A DNA stretch of 64,000 nucleotides from positions 20,058,049-20,122,048 of the forward strand of contig NC_069003.1 in assembly GCF_001194135.2 (NCBI RefSeq), written 5' to 3'. The DNA is from Octopus bimaculoides. Its lineage: Eukaryota. The notes beneath the pieces are model-generated. The model saw only the letters and a list, made by a program, of their open reading frames with translations, was not told the DNA's origin and did not search any database. The number at the start of each line of letters is the position of its first letter. The stretch's first letter is position 1. Below are positions 37,496 through 51,600 of the stretch, in pieces. The position numbers were made by a program, and so were the translations under genes.

Positions 37496-40400
37496 ATGCC
37501 ATAACAGAGGCATTCAAAGACTAGCTATACATGGGAACTCCTGTACGCGGCCACTGACCCAATTCTTATAGCTGGATCAGTGAAAGAATTAAGACAAAAA
37601 TCTTAAACATAGAAGCAGCGCCTAGAATCATATGAACCTAGCAAAAACAAAAATCTTTATTTATTTGTAAAAATGCAGAACTTCATTGCCATCTTTGAAG
37701 TGACCAAGCTAGATATGCAGATAAAACGAAAGGCTGAAATTCTATACCATCTACCCAATGTAATGTAGGGTGAACAAGAGTTACATTTGGATCACAGACA
37801 GTCTGAAGAGAACTACATATGTAGCAGATGCACATAAATAGTTAGCAATAAGAGCAACTACGAAGTGAATTCTTTTAAATAACCAGAAGCCCCTTGGGAA
37901 GTAGGTGACAGCTTTGGTTCCCAAGATAACTTAATTCTTTTGTAACCATTTGAAATACACTGCTTTTGTTTCAATTAATTTTTTAAAATAATGAAGAATT
38001 TAGAAAAATAGCTTTGTCATTATTAAGCTGGTGTTTGGAACATAAATTGACATGAAATCTTAATGAAATGTTTTTAAGTTAGATAGTTTTAAATTAGGAA
38101 GCTTGTATCATAGATCTAGGAGTGGGGTGGTTTTCTCAGACAGGTTAGTATCAAAAAGGTTACATAGTAAAGAAGTATTCACCCCCAACCAAAGCAATCA
38201 GTACAGGATGGAAAATATTCAGGAAGTTACTACCTCTTCTGACAAGAAAGGGATTCTCTATTCACGTGAAGGGCATATTGGATGATGTTTGCGTTCTATG
38301 ATCCTGAATTAATTGTCTCGGAGGGATTAATTGGGGTTAAAAAGCTTTGATTATAAGCCGTAAAAAGCAACATCTAGAGGAACCAATATGAGAGTTATGT
38401 CCCATTAATATCATCGATAAGACTCCATAGGTTATGTCCCCTGTTATTTCCCAACTTCTATCCCTATGATTAATTTCTTTTTCTTTTTGTATGTATTTCC
38501 AGAAAAAATTAAGTAATATAAAAATATTTATGTATCCAAAGACACCAGGAAATAAGTTTTCAGATTTTAAGTGAACAGCGTATAATAGTATAGTATCTAG
38601 GATATTAGTTGTTATCTTTCTGTAAAGTTTACTTGTTGATTATATTTTTCTTGAAAATAAATGAATAAATAAGTCCGCATTATCGATTTAATGTCCAATT
38701 TTCCATGCTTGCATAGTAGGGTGGAGAGAACAAGATTTTTTTATCACCAAGATGTGTCAAGAATCACAAATTGGTTTACACAATTTTATTTTAATGCATG
38801 TGTAATCTAGACCTTATGTAACACATATTTTCGGTGACCTAGTATTAAAAATAATAAAGAAAACAAAGTTGAAGGGTCTATTTATTTCACATAATTTCAA
38901 GTGTGTTGTAGAGCCTGAAGATATAAATTTTAGAGATTGAGATTTTAACACTCTTGTTTTTAAAGGATTTTGCAAAACAAAATCGATTCATAACAATGAA
39001 TGTAAAAAATAAAATGAGGAATGACAAACTTGTTATAAATTGGTTCTTTGCTCATTATTCAAAATTTTAAGTGAACTGCTGAGCCTGAAGATGTAAATCT
39101 AAGAACTTTAGATTTTATCACAGTTGTTTTTAAAGAATTTCACAATAAAAAATATATTTTGGAAACATATTTTGAAAATCTGTGTAAAAATTACCTTTTT
39201 TGCTCCACCCTAGGTTGGACGCAGTATACTGAGGTAGGTCTTCTATGGCTGGATGCCCTTCCTGTCTCCAACACTTACCTGTTTCCAAGCAAGGTAATAT
39301 TTCTCTCCGTGGCTAGACAAGTTTTAGCAGAATAGTGGAAATAGATGACAATAATCACACAATGTTAAGACAGATGGATGAACACATGCACACACAAATA
39401 TACACAGTAACTGTTCCATCTTCATAATTGATTTCTAAGCATCCTCTTCTCAATGGCATTTCTTCCCTTCCATATATGACTATTCAGTCTCACTTCAGAT
39501 CTGTGTAGTTTGAAAAGTAGGTGACAGACGTAAGTTGTGACTTCCAGTGGATCCCTTTGTGACATAATAATCTCTGTGAACCACCATATGTTTCCTCAGA
39601 CACAAAATTGATTTGCAAGCCCTTTCATATGTCGAATCACACAGTCTAGGAAGAAGAACATTACATACAAGTAATCTTTCATGGGACATCAGATGGTTCA
39701 CATACCCAGTCTTGGAAAGGAGTACACAGCAGACATTTCACACCTCCAACATTTTATGTATTCATGGAGGTTCTAATGACAGCTGCTCTGAAGCCAGTGC
39801 TTTATGCATTTGTATTCAAGGTGACCCTCTTCAAAAGTTTTACAACCTTCCCTTATACACTTCTCATATAGTGATAATTACAACAACTGAGATAGTGCTG
39901 TAGTTAGAAGAGTGCTGGAAGAATGGATGATAAAATGATGAATTGTAGGGATGGATTGAATGTGACTTGAAAGACAAAATGATATGCTTTTAGGGCCTCA
40001 TTTTTTTGCAGTCTTCTCAAGCACTGCGAATCACCAGTCATCTCTTCCATAAGACTCAATATCCTGAGGTTGGTCATTACTTCATCTTCCCATGTCTCAC
40101 CCACATTTAATGACTAGCATGTCATTATGGAGCTGTCCACATCCTTAACTGTACAAGTGCCATCTTTGTCCTTGCACACTACATTTGATGCCTCTTATAT
40201 CTAGTTTTTTACCTTAATACTTTGCACTTTGTCATATATGCACACATCCAGCAGAGGATGCTAGCCTTATTCCATTTATATAGTGTAGCTGGGACAGCAA
40301 AAGTAAAATTGCTGTACTTTATGACAAACTTCAAACAGAGAATAAAACTACTCTTCACCAGAATCAAAAAATTTTGTTACACAAACCTAAACACTTATGC

Positions 40401-43106
40401 AACCCAACATCTGGCCAGTGTCTGCTCACTCCCTGAATTCTTTACACGCATATATTGTGTGAAACAAATTATATAGTCGAGTAAGTATATAGCTGGTTAT
40501 GACCAGGCAGAAGTTACCATTGGTTTCCAGTTTATTATTGTACTCAGCGATTCAAGTGACTAATGGAGGTACCTCCATTAATAAAGAGGTTATGTCCCAC
40601 TGGCCATCAGGTTTGCTGAGTCGCCTGTGTTGCCAAGTGCAATAATAGACACAAAACCAATAGTAACTTTCTGACTGGCCATAAGCAATGATATGCTACT
40701 TGACTACATAATATATAACTACTAAAAAAACAAAATCTTTTAGAGTGTGCTTTCTTTTTGGAATTATAGACAAGTAACTGATATATATATATATCTTGGA
40801 CTTCTTGTAGTTTCTGTATACCAAATCCACTCACAAGGTTTTGGTTGCTCTAGCTCTATAGTAGAAGACACTTGCCAAAGATGCTATGCAGAGCTGAACT
40901 GAGACTGTGTGGTGTGGTTTGGGAAGAAAACTTCTTAACCATACATCCACATACCAAAACATATGACTGGAGTGAGCTATTCTTTTTATTACACACCTGT
41001 AGCATACACTCAAGTGGAATTCCTCACTCCCCTTTATCATATATATGTGCATTCGAATATAGCTGGTAACAGCAAGCCTTTGGCCACTATTTGGATCCTG
41101 TTGTATTCACTATTCTGATTGGTTGGTATTGGCGCAATTTGCCTCTTATTCTGTCATGCCAATCTGCAACGTATAACCAATTGGAGCCCTAAATTAAAAT
41201 CATGAGATAGCTTGTTCTCAACCCAGTTTTGAGCCTACAGCTCCTTATAAAAACCCAGCTTTTCCTTGTCTTGATGTCCTTAGTTTCAGACCTTTTAAGG
41301 TCTAGCCACTGACCACACAAGACACAGTCAGTTCCAGCAACAACACAACAGTAACCACATTGAGACTTACCAACTTCATTCAACAGTATTACAGCAATCC
41401 CTTTCTTTGTCACCACTATTATCTTCTTAATGTCATCAACATCATCTCGCTACATACACAGCTCAACAAGCAGCTTGCTCAGGTTCCAACACTGCACTGT
41501 TCGTGAATTACTTCACCATGGATCAACAACGAATATACAACCGGTGAGAACTCCTGTACCAAGTGACCCAGGCAGCTGCATTAGTCACAACTTTGTACGA
41601 CATGTACTGCAACCGGCTCCGCATCATGGCCACAACTTCTTGATGCAGTATTTCAATTACTATGTACAATTGACTACAAGCTGGTATTCTCATTCTTGTG
41701 TCTATGAACATTTAACTTCTCATTGTAGACTCTTTCACTGTCTACTTCATTGCTATTCTTATATGTACTTAACATACATCCATCCATGCTTATACACACA
41801 TACACTTAGTTCTTGTGACGGTCTATCTATTATTCTGTATACATGACGCACACACAGACATACATGTTAACATATCAATAAATCTTCTCAAACATTCTAC
41901 TTGGTTGTTTCTTTCTCTTTTTCCCACTGGCACATATATGTATTATTCATTTTATATTTATTGTAGCAACTGTGTGATGTACTAAGGAGACTCATTCTTG
42001 TTACATAGCATCACGGTCATTACACACCTATTTACAATTGTTTCCTCTAAATTCACTCTCTCCAATCTTGCCATACAATGCAATAATGCAAATATTGGCA
42101 AAAGTAATTGTCAATTATACAGCTATTGATTATTTTCCAGGTGCCATTGAAATGACACATGCTGAATTAGCCTCATTAGAATAACGTATCTAGGTTCAAT
42201 ACTCCAATCAATACACATGCACATGTTCACTCATTCATACAAATATAATCATTGCCTCAGCTCCCAAATTGACAGCTGTTGGTGCATCAAGTAAAAATTC
42301 TCATGCTATCCCTTCTAGTTCCTCACATTTTGAGTTAAAATCCTGCTGAGATCAAAATTGTCTCTTGTCTTTCCAGAGTTGATAAATACAATATTAGTAT
42401 ACAATCCAGTACTGGGGTGAATTCCTTCGTTTTAGGATAAAGAAAAAAATGAAAGGGTAAATATTAACATTATTTCTCAAATTTTAGGTGGACAAAAGAA
42501 TGCCTATTTGTTTTTTTCCTTTTTACTATTTACTCCCTTTCTCACTGTACATACTATTGTTGTTCAATCCTGAGTCAGATCTATAATCGGACATTTCAAC
42601 GATCACTGTGATCATTTTGTGCGCGCGCGTTCGTGCTAAGAACTACATTATCTAATGTGCCATTTTTCTATTTTTCTTAAGACACTAATGTATAATTTTA
42701 GAGAGTGAGATTTGGCTGCTATTTCTAGCATGTTAAACAACCGTTTGCAGACGCCTTCATTTGGCATACATAGGTATTTAGATTTTGTCCTCAATTCATT
42801 GGAAGTCGATAAAAAACAACTAACAAATAATATACCAATAAACCAACAATAAATCCATTAACAAAAAAAAAGGTTTAACTAACGACGCTATTGTTCACCA
42901 ATTGTCACGCAAGATAACTAAGCAAATAGTTGAGGGGAGATAATATAATCGACATCACCCGAAATATGTGGCTTTGTGTTTATACTGGGAGGCAATCCCA
43001 TCGAGGTGTTTTGGTGGTGGTGGTGGTGGTGGTGGGACGATAAGGCAAAATCCCAGACAAATACTGGATCGATATAATCGATAACAGACCTTGTTAAAAT
43101 GCATTA

Positions 43107-43495
43107 CAGTACCAGATCAAATATCCGGCAAGTTTGGGACCGGAAGTGGCCTGGATTTCTGGTTGTTCCGGTTTTCTGGAGACAGTCTAAATATATACTT
43201 AAAATATAAGCATAAACTATGAAGTGCTAAATTGTATTTAACCGATTGAAATCAATACACTTCTAAAGCAGGGTTTGTTTGATACATATTAATCCACTTA
43301 AAATATATTATAATGTACCATGTATACAATATAAAGAACATGATTTTATTTAACAGACACAAGAGTATATTGATCCACTTAGAAAAGTGACCAATTGCAA
43401 AAGCAGAGTCTGGTTACCCAATACAGGGACGGTATATTACACGGTATTGGACTGTTTGCCGGATTTCTGGAAGCCGGATAAGAAGTCCGGCACTG
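43107..43495. mobile_element. Degenerate Tc1/mariner(pogo)-type MITE relic overlapping the MYSM1 promoter
   Basis: Ends CAGTACCAGA...TATCCGGC and revcomp CAGTGCCGGA...TATCCGGC match 16/23; TA on the left flank only. Confidence 0.4.
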
Positions 43496-43560
43496 CATTT
43501 GTTTTGTAATCCATAGTGAAACTCTCCTCGCTGGGGAGGTAGAAACAGTGTTACAAAATG
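43107..43560 (+). promoter_or_regulatory. MYSM1: MYSM1 proximal promoter region
   Basis: Perfect ETS motif ACCGGAAGTG at 43139-43148, five further CCGG cores, YY1-like AAAATGGC over the ATG, local CpG enrichment. Confidence 0.55.
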
Positions 43561-43610
43561 GCAGACGATGTGGAAATCGACGTCGAGGGAGATTTTGACT
43601 TCAAACTCGA
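43558..43610 (+). CDS. MYSM1: MYSM1 exon 1 ([17 protein letters not shown])
   Basis: aaaATGg start, |gtgagt donor, phase 2. Confidence 0.9.
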
Positions 43611-45559
43611 GTGAGTAATTTCTATTTAGAATATGTCTTTGGAGACTAATTTTTTCATATTTGATGTCCTACAGTCGAAAGATAGTTACTGTAAGTTACT
43701 AAAGCCTCTTACTTTATTTCTGTTGGCTTCCAGTTTCTTCCATTCAACTGTAAACTGAGATTTGGCAGGTGTCCGTTCAACTTCAAAACATCAAATCAAA
43801 GTTTTAATTATTATATTTGATAATACGATTTTAATTACAAAACATTCTTTGTTATCATGGATTTATATCTAATAGCTATCTTTTTCGTTATTCAATTTGT
43901 TAATTCGAAAATCGAATTTGTTTTCTCCTCGGTATTTCATAACTGCATCATAAAAACAAAAATAAAAGAATTAAAGAAATTTTAAGTATCTTCAGTCGGG
44001 CTTTATTTTGTATTTAGTTTGTTCGGTTCTTTGAATTATAATCCTGATTTAACTTTTTATCATTCTGGTGCCAAGTAAAATAAGAATTTGTAATATCCTC
44101 TTGAAGATATCGGTGTAGTCGATTATAATGTTTAATCTAAAAATGAAATAAAAATATGCTTTGGCGATTGTCAAATGAAATCTGTTGCGTCACGTAAGAC
44201 CAGATAATTGGATGGATTTTGCTTGTGTCGTCCCGTTACTCCAAAAATATCTGTAAATTATCCTCTCTCCCTCTTTCTCTTTCTCTCTTGTTTATATACT
44301 AGGAGCACGCATTAATCGTGTGTCTAAGCAACCTCCGATATCAATATTTTGAAATTTGAATTTTTGTTTATTTTTTTGTTCTCTAATTTTCGAGTAGTTA
44401 GTGGGTGCATGTAAAGGGAATAACTGTCCATTACTCAGTTTTTATTCTTTGGCACTTATTTTAAATAAAATCCTTTCTCGTCCACTCCCCCAAATACTCG
44501 GATTCTTTACGAAAGACGAACAACGTTCTCGATTCGACAAGAAATTAAATTTAATATTTATTTTGGTTTATGGTTACTAGTATAGATAAAGATGTTATAG
44601 TTTACCTCCAAGTCAACCCTAGTCTAGTAGATTTTTGCTCGAAAGCATTTCAGCTGCGATCCTCTTGTCTGTCTTTCTGTGTGTGTGTGTGTGATACAGG
44701 ACTGCATTATTTAATTTGTATTGCCTTTTTTGTACGGTGTGAGAAAGAATCAGCTGCTGTTTCTATAGATTAGAATTTTTTCCCCCTTTTTTAAAAAATA
44801 TATTATTTCACCTGTCTCGTGAGATGGACGCAAATAGTATAAATTTACCAGGAAAAGGGTACGAAATTTGCTGAGAGGAGATGCCAAAGTGTAAAAAATT
44901 AAATTTGTTTGACTAAGGTTGCTAAGTGAAAGCTATTTTGAACATCCATCAATCGGAGTTTAGAGGCAGGTGTAATAGTAAAAATCTATCTTTTTTTGTT
45001 TTTAAAGGTGGATGATATGAGAAAGATTCTAGCAGATCACCTAGAAGCTCTATATTTAACATGAAATGAAGGAGTAACCTGAGAGTTAGTTGAGTTTGAG
45101 ATGGAATTTTGATTCCAGTTTGTATCATTCCATTACACTTTTGTTATTCTTTCTCATTAGGCCAAAGACGTTTTTTGTTATCGTGGAGGGAGATGTCCTG
45201 TTTCCCCTCTTGTATCAGATCTCCAGTTAGTTTAACATGATCAGCCAGCATTGTACTATCACAATGCTCAACATTTTTTGAGGAAGGTGATAACAACGTG
45301 AAACTTGGAGTTGTGAAAAAGTGCAGCATCAGTTTTGAATAAATGATTATATAGTGGTGTACAGAGAGAGAGGGAGAGAGAGAGAAAGAGGAATGGGGAA
45401 TTGTCTGCAATGAGTGTAACAGAGTCTACTTGCATTCATTCAAAGCAGGAAATTCAATTTCTAACTATTTCAAGTCTTATGCTTGTGTACCTTCAGCATG
45501 AAACTCAGAGCTATGATGAAGGGATTCTTTTACTTTGAATACATACATACATATATACA

Positions 45560-45646
<87 letters not shown>

Positions 45647-48618
45647 CAGGTCATTAAGAATGATATGTCTGATTTTCTTATGCACCAACTTTGACAGTCG
45701 TTAACTCTAATGTTTTATTCTGACAATTCTTTGTTTTACAACATTGAAGACTTACATCATTACTTTTTGAAATGCAATTCATGGTGTCTGATTATATTGT
45801 GAGTTTTCCCTTGTAAATCAATTTTTGTGAATCCATGGATAGATAAAAAATTTGTGTTGTTTATGAATATGAGTTCCGTCGTGGAACCAATGCATCCCAG
45901 ACAGCTTGAAGCATCAGTGAGGTGTTTGGTGAAGATGCGGGGATTGAACGCACAGTACGTCAATAGTTTGAGATGTTCCAGTCTGGAACTCTTGAAAATT
46001 AGCCCCATAGTAGACCTGAGACCAAGTAGATGATGATGAGTTGGAAATTGTAGTGGAAGTGGATAGATCTCAAACTACACGTGAGTTAACAGTAAGGTTT
46101 GATGTTCTGATCCCAACTGTATTGGACCATCTGAAACAAATTGGCAAGGTAAAGAAGCTGGACAAGTGGGTACCACACGAACTGAACGAGCATCAAACAA
46201 CACATTGTCTTGAAACTTGCTGTTCTTTACTGTCATGGCATAAAAGCAAACCATTTTTGCATCATATTGTTACGTGTGATGAAAAATGGATTCTTTTCAA
46301 CAATAGCAAGTGTTCTGCATGGTGGTTGGATAGAGACAAAGTGACAAAACACAATCCAAAAAAGAATATTCACCTAAAAAGCTAATAGTGTCTGTTTGGT
46401 GGTCCAGTGCTGGTGTCATCCACTATAGCTTCATGAGATCTGGTAAGTCAATTACAGTGGATGTATACATCAACCAATTGGATGAAATGATGAGTGAACT
46501 TGGAATGAAACAACTGAGATTGCTCAATAGAGACAGGCCAATTCTCTTGCAAAACAATCCTTGGCCACATGTTGCACAAAGAACGCAGCACCTGATGAAC
46601 CAGAAGACTGCATCAAGCTCTAATGTCTGCTATGCTATGGTTTCTGCTGCTGAATGCCCTAATGCCAGTCACCCACTTTACAGGGTGTACTGGGTGCTTT
46701 TTACTTAGCCTCAGCACCAGCAGGGCCATGTAAAGAGTAACCCACAAGGCAAGACACCTCAACTAAAGTGGGGTAGTATTGAGAAATGTAGCTTTGTGCC
46801 TGGGGGACAGAAACAGATTTTTTACTGTAGAGGAGGTACATGGCTTAAAGACCTCCTTCTGTCAGGAATGACCATGGTATTGCACCTAGAAAGTTACCCT
46901 CCAAGACATAAGTCCAGGTAAGATTATTTATGGAAGATCAGCAGTCACCCATGCATTCCAGCTTCCCCTCTTCATGCCACTGATGTTATCTAAGGGAAAA
47001 GCAATGGGTGAGACAGCTTGGCACTAGTGACATTGCTACAGCTGAGTGAACTGGATCAATGTGAACTAAAGTATCTTGTTCAAGAACACTACACAGCCCA
47101 GTCTTGGAATCAAACTTACTACCTCATGATTGTGAGTCCAATGCTCTAAGCACTAAACCATGTGAGCCCACCTAGATATACATAATCTTTATCAGCATTG
47201 TTTTATACCCACTTTTCATGCTGGCATGAATTGGATGGGTTGCAGGAAGACTGCTTCTTGCTTGCATTTCATTTTTGGAATGGTTTCTATAGCTAGACAT
47301 CCTTCCTAATACTATCTATTTTACAGAATGTACTTGGGGTGTTTTTCATGGAACCAGTTTGTAGAGAGGTGGGCATGTCTTTGACATGACTACTCTGGCC
47401 TGCATGGGTGGTGGACTTAATCCATCACCACCACATGGTCCTAGGTTGCTTTTAGCAAAGGTGTCCACTCTGTTGTTGTAAGAATTTAAGTCAGGTCTGC
47501 AGTTTGAGGATACCTTCCTCCGTCCTTCTCTTCAGTCTTGGAGGCTGTTCAAAAGTCTTACAAAACATTCCCTGTCCCTTAGTGCAAAGAAATCATGAAA
47601 TCTTCTTTTGAAGATTGTAAAAATGTGGTTTTAAAGGAAATCTGTCTGCCATTATTAAAAGGTTGATTGAGAACCCATTCTTTGCTTGTGATTTGACTGT
47701 TTAATTTCTTGTTTTTTCTTTTCATGTTCTTATTTTTAGACCAAATGGAATCATTGCATATGATGTTAATGAATTACCATCAAAAAGTGCCAATCTGTTA
47801 CCAGAATACACCAATCCTCCATGGATGTTGGAACAAGTAGGTTGTTGTTGTTAATCTTGTTTCTTGTTTATAGATTCTTATGTTGAGAAAAAACATCAGA
47901 TTGCAATTCACTCCCAATAAACGGTAATTGCTCAGTCTTCTTGAAGTTCTGGATCTGCCATATGTACAGCTTTAAGAAAAGGTGGCTGGAGTGAAGCTAA
48001 TCAACATAGATTGAACAAAAACTGGATTATGAGTCATTATATCCTTGTCCTTTTTTTTTCCCCGCTGGCTTGGGTTGGATAATACAACAGGAACTGACAA
48101 ACGATGGGACTGCACTGAGCTCCAACGTGCTTTGGCATGGTTTATACAGCTGGATATCTTTCATAATGCCAACCACATTTTTCATAGCACCAGCATCAGT
48201 GAGGTCACCAAATAGCTTGTGAGATGAGACCCGTCAACTAAGTGGCAGTTTTGAGAGAGATGAAAGTATGTGTGTGTGTGTATTGTACATGCATACATGC
48301 TTGCATATATTGTATATGCATATATTGTACATGCATGTATTGCATGTGCATATACATGCATGCATATATTGTAAGAATGTAATTTTAATGTCCACTTTTC
48401 CGTGCTTGCAAAGGTCGGATGGAGTTTATTGAGGCAAATTTTTCTACAGACAGATGTCCTTCCAGTTGCCAGCCCTCATCTATTATTAAGTTAGGGAATA
48501 TTTCTCTATTGCTTGACAAGTTTTCACAGAATATTGCAAATGAATGAGATTCATTTACAGCAATTGCACAATGACAAGACAAGGAAACAATACACATTAT
48601 ACACACAATTATGTACAT

Positions 48619-48650
<32 letters not shown>

Positions 48651-51600
48651 AAGTGAATGACATGGCACTCCATCGGTTATGAAGACGAGGGTTCGAGTTG
48701 ATCTGATCGACAGAACAGCCTGCTCATGAAATTAAAGTGCAAGTGACTGAGCACTCTACAGACACGTGTACCCTTAATGTAGTTCTTGGGGAGATTCAGC
48801 GTAACACAGTGTGACAAGGCTGGCCCTTTGAAATACAGGAAGAAAGAGTGAGAGAAAGTTGTGGTGAAAGAGTACAGTAGGGTTCGCCACCACCCCCTGC
48901 CAGAGCCACGTGGAGCTTTAGGTGTTTTTGCTCAATAAACACAATGGCCGGTCTGGGAATCGAAACCACGCTCCTATGACTGCAAGTCCACTGCCCTAGC
49001 CACTGGGTCATTGTGCCTCCCCATAAAGTGTATAGATAGGAATGCAATATCCAGGCGAGTACCATTCAAGCACTGAGTTTTAATGAGCACCTGGAATTAC
49101 TTGAAATAAGCATTCCCACTGTGTTTTATCCGATGGGTAAATCCTGGGTTTGCTTCTCTAGGTTATGAATATTTAACTGAGTGTTTATTCAGTACAGTAA
49201 TGATGAATACAGAGATTAGTACACGTGTCATCATCATCATCATCATCGTTTAACGTCTGTTTTCCATGCTAGCAAGGGTTAGATGGTTCAACCGGGGTCC
49301 GGGAAGCCAGGAGGCTGCACCAGGCTCCAGTCTGATCTGGCAGTGTTTCTACAGCTGGATGCCCTTCCTAACGCCGACCACTCTGTGAGTGTAGTGGGTG
49401 CTTTTTACATGCCACCGGCACGGGCCAGAGGAAGCTGGCAATAACCACGATCAAGTTGGTGCTTTTTACGTGCCACCGGCATGGAAGCCAATCAAGTCAA
49501 GTCAATAATTTTGTTGTTGTTTCTACAGTCAATTATAACATATTTCTTTTAATTTGTTGAATCACCATCTGTGAGTTATCAGAGGATGTGCAGATTAGTT
49601 ATGGTTCAGTTCAGTCCATTATCACTGAAGATTTGGGTTTGAGATGTGTGTCTGCCAAGTTTGTGCCAAAACTGCTTTCAGCTGACTAAAAGAACACTCG
49701 GGTTTCAGTTGGACAAAATCTCGATTGTGTTGAGAACAATGAAAAGTTTTTGAAAATTTTTCATAGGCCTCTGAGCAGATATCGCCAAGCTTTTGGCAAA
49801 ATTTGGTGCAGATTCTTTGCTCAACTTTCTCTGTCATGGTCAATGCAATGAACACACACTGCATGTTACTTCCAAGCACTGCTGTAAACAGCAGAAGTGA
49901 GCTAAAATCTTAAAACTTAGTGCACATGCATAGCAGAGTTCAAGGTCAATCTGTGCCAAACAGCTTTAATCTGTATGCTTTAACTTCATTAGTAATGCAA
50001 CAGTCTAGATACTTATTGATCAGACCACATATATAATGTATGTGTGTGTGTATGGTATATTATATGCATATTACATTTGGTTTTAACTTTCTTTTTCTAG
50101 GGGTGGACTTTGGACAGTTGTATGGATGAAAAGTCAAAAGCCACAATTGAGAAAATGTTACAAGAAGAACAGTATCCTTTTGTTAAGACACACACAAACA
50201 TACAAATTATACACCATTCTGTTATTGAAACATCAAAGTCATCACCATCCTATTCTCAGTTTAATATCTACTTTTCTGTGCTAGCAGGGTCAGATGGACC
50301 TTGTTGAGACAGGTTTTCTATGGTTCGATGCTTTTCCTGTCACCAATTCTGACTTGTTTTTAAGCAAGACAATATTTCCCTATGGCTGAACTTGTTTTTC
50401 ATGAAAGATTGAAAACAAATGACAATAAACACATACACATACTCATGTCTTGCACACACACACACACACACACACACGTACTTGCACAAGGTGGGCTAAA
50501 AGTTACACATCAAAACATTTGACATTCTTTTTATATTACGTTATTATTATTCATTTTGTCCATCATGTACAAGTATGTGTGCATTCATCATTATTTTATT
50601 TACTTTATTCAATTTTAGAAAAATTAAAGCATGTCTTTGACAAATCCGAAGCATACTGAACTTATTTTTGTGCATGACTTTTGGCCCACCCTTTATATGA
50701 TGAGCTTATTCTTTCAGTTTCCATCTACCAAATCCACTGACAAGGCTTTAGTCAGCTTAGAGCTATTATATAATAAATCTGCCTATGATGTCACTGACTG
50801 GAACTGAACCCAGAACCATGTAGTTGGAAAGTGAACTTTCTTAATTACACAGCCATTGGTAATGTTTTATAATAGTTTAATTGAGTAAGGAGTGGGCTCT
50901 GCACTCATAACCTTTTTTTTTATGATGTTAAGGTGTGATTTGGAAGCCTTATTTAGTTGGTAGTTCTATGAAAGTGGGACGCTACAAAGAAATTCCCCTG
51001 TTGCTTTGCATTTCAAAGTGTTTTCTTTCAATGTGTTAAGATATTATATGAATGGAAAAGGTGTTGCTAAAATGATTCATGAAAAGTCGCCAAAAACTCC
51101 TGTCAAGCGCAAACCAGTAACTAACAAGAAGTTATGGACAGCCGATGAGAAGAAACTCTTTCAACAAGGATTGGTGAGTCAAAGACCTTGTTTCATTTAT
51201 TTATTTATTATCTCTTTTATATTTTCTTTGTTTCAGTCACTAGATTGCGGCCATGCTGTGGCAATGCTTTGAGAGGTTTAGTTGAACAAATTGACCCCAG
51301 AATTTATTTTTAAGTCTGGTACTTTGCTGAACCACTAAGTACAGGGATGTAAACAAACCAACAAAGTGGTGGGTGAATGAATGGAAATGTGAAGAAACAC
51401 ATGCACACACACACACAACAGACTTCTACACTGTCCTATTCATTCAGAAGGCAAACGCATTGGTCAGCCCAGGGCCGTAAAATAAAACACTTGCCTAAAG
51501 TGCAGCACAGCCTGCTTGCACCTATTTTTATTTTTTTATTATTTTTCTTAATCTCCAGCTCATACCAATATGGAAAACAGACGTTAAATAATGATGATGA

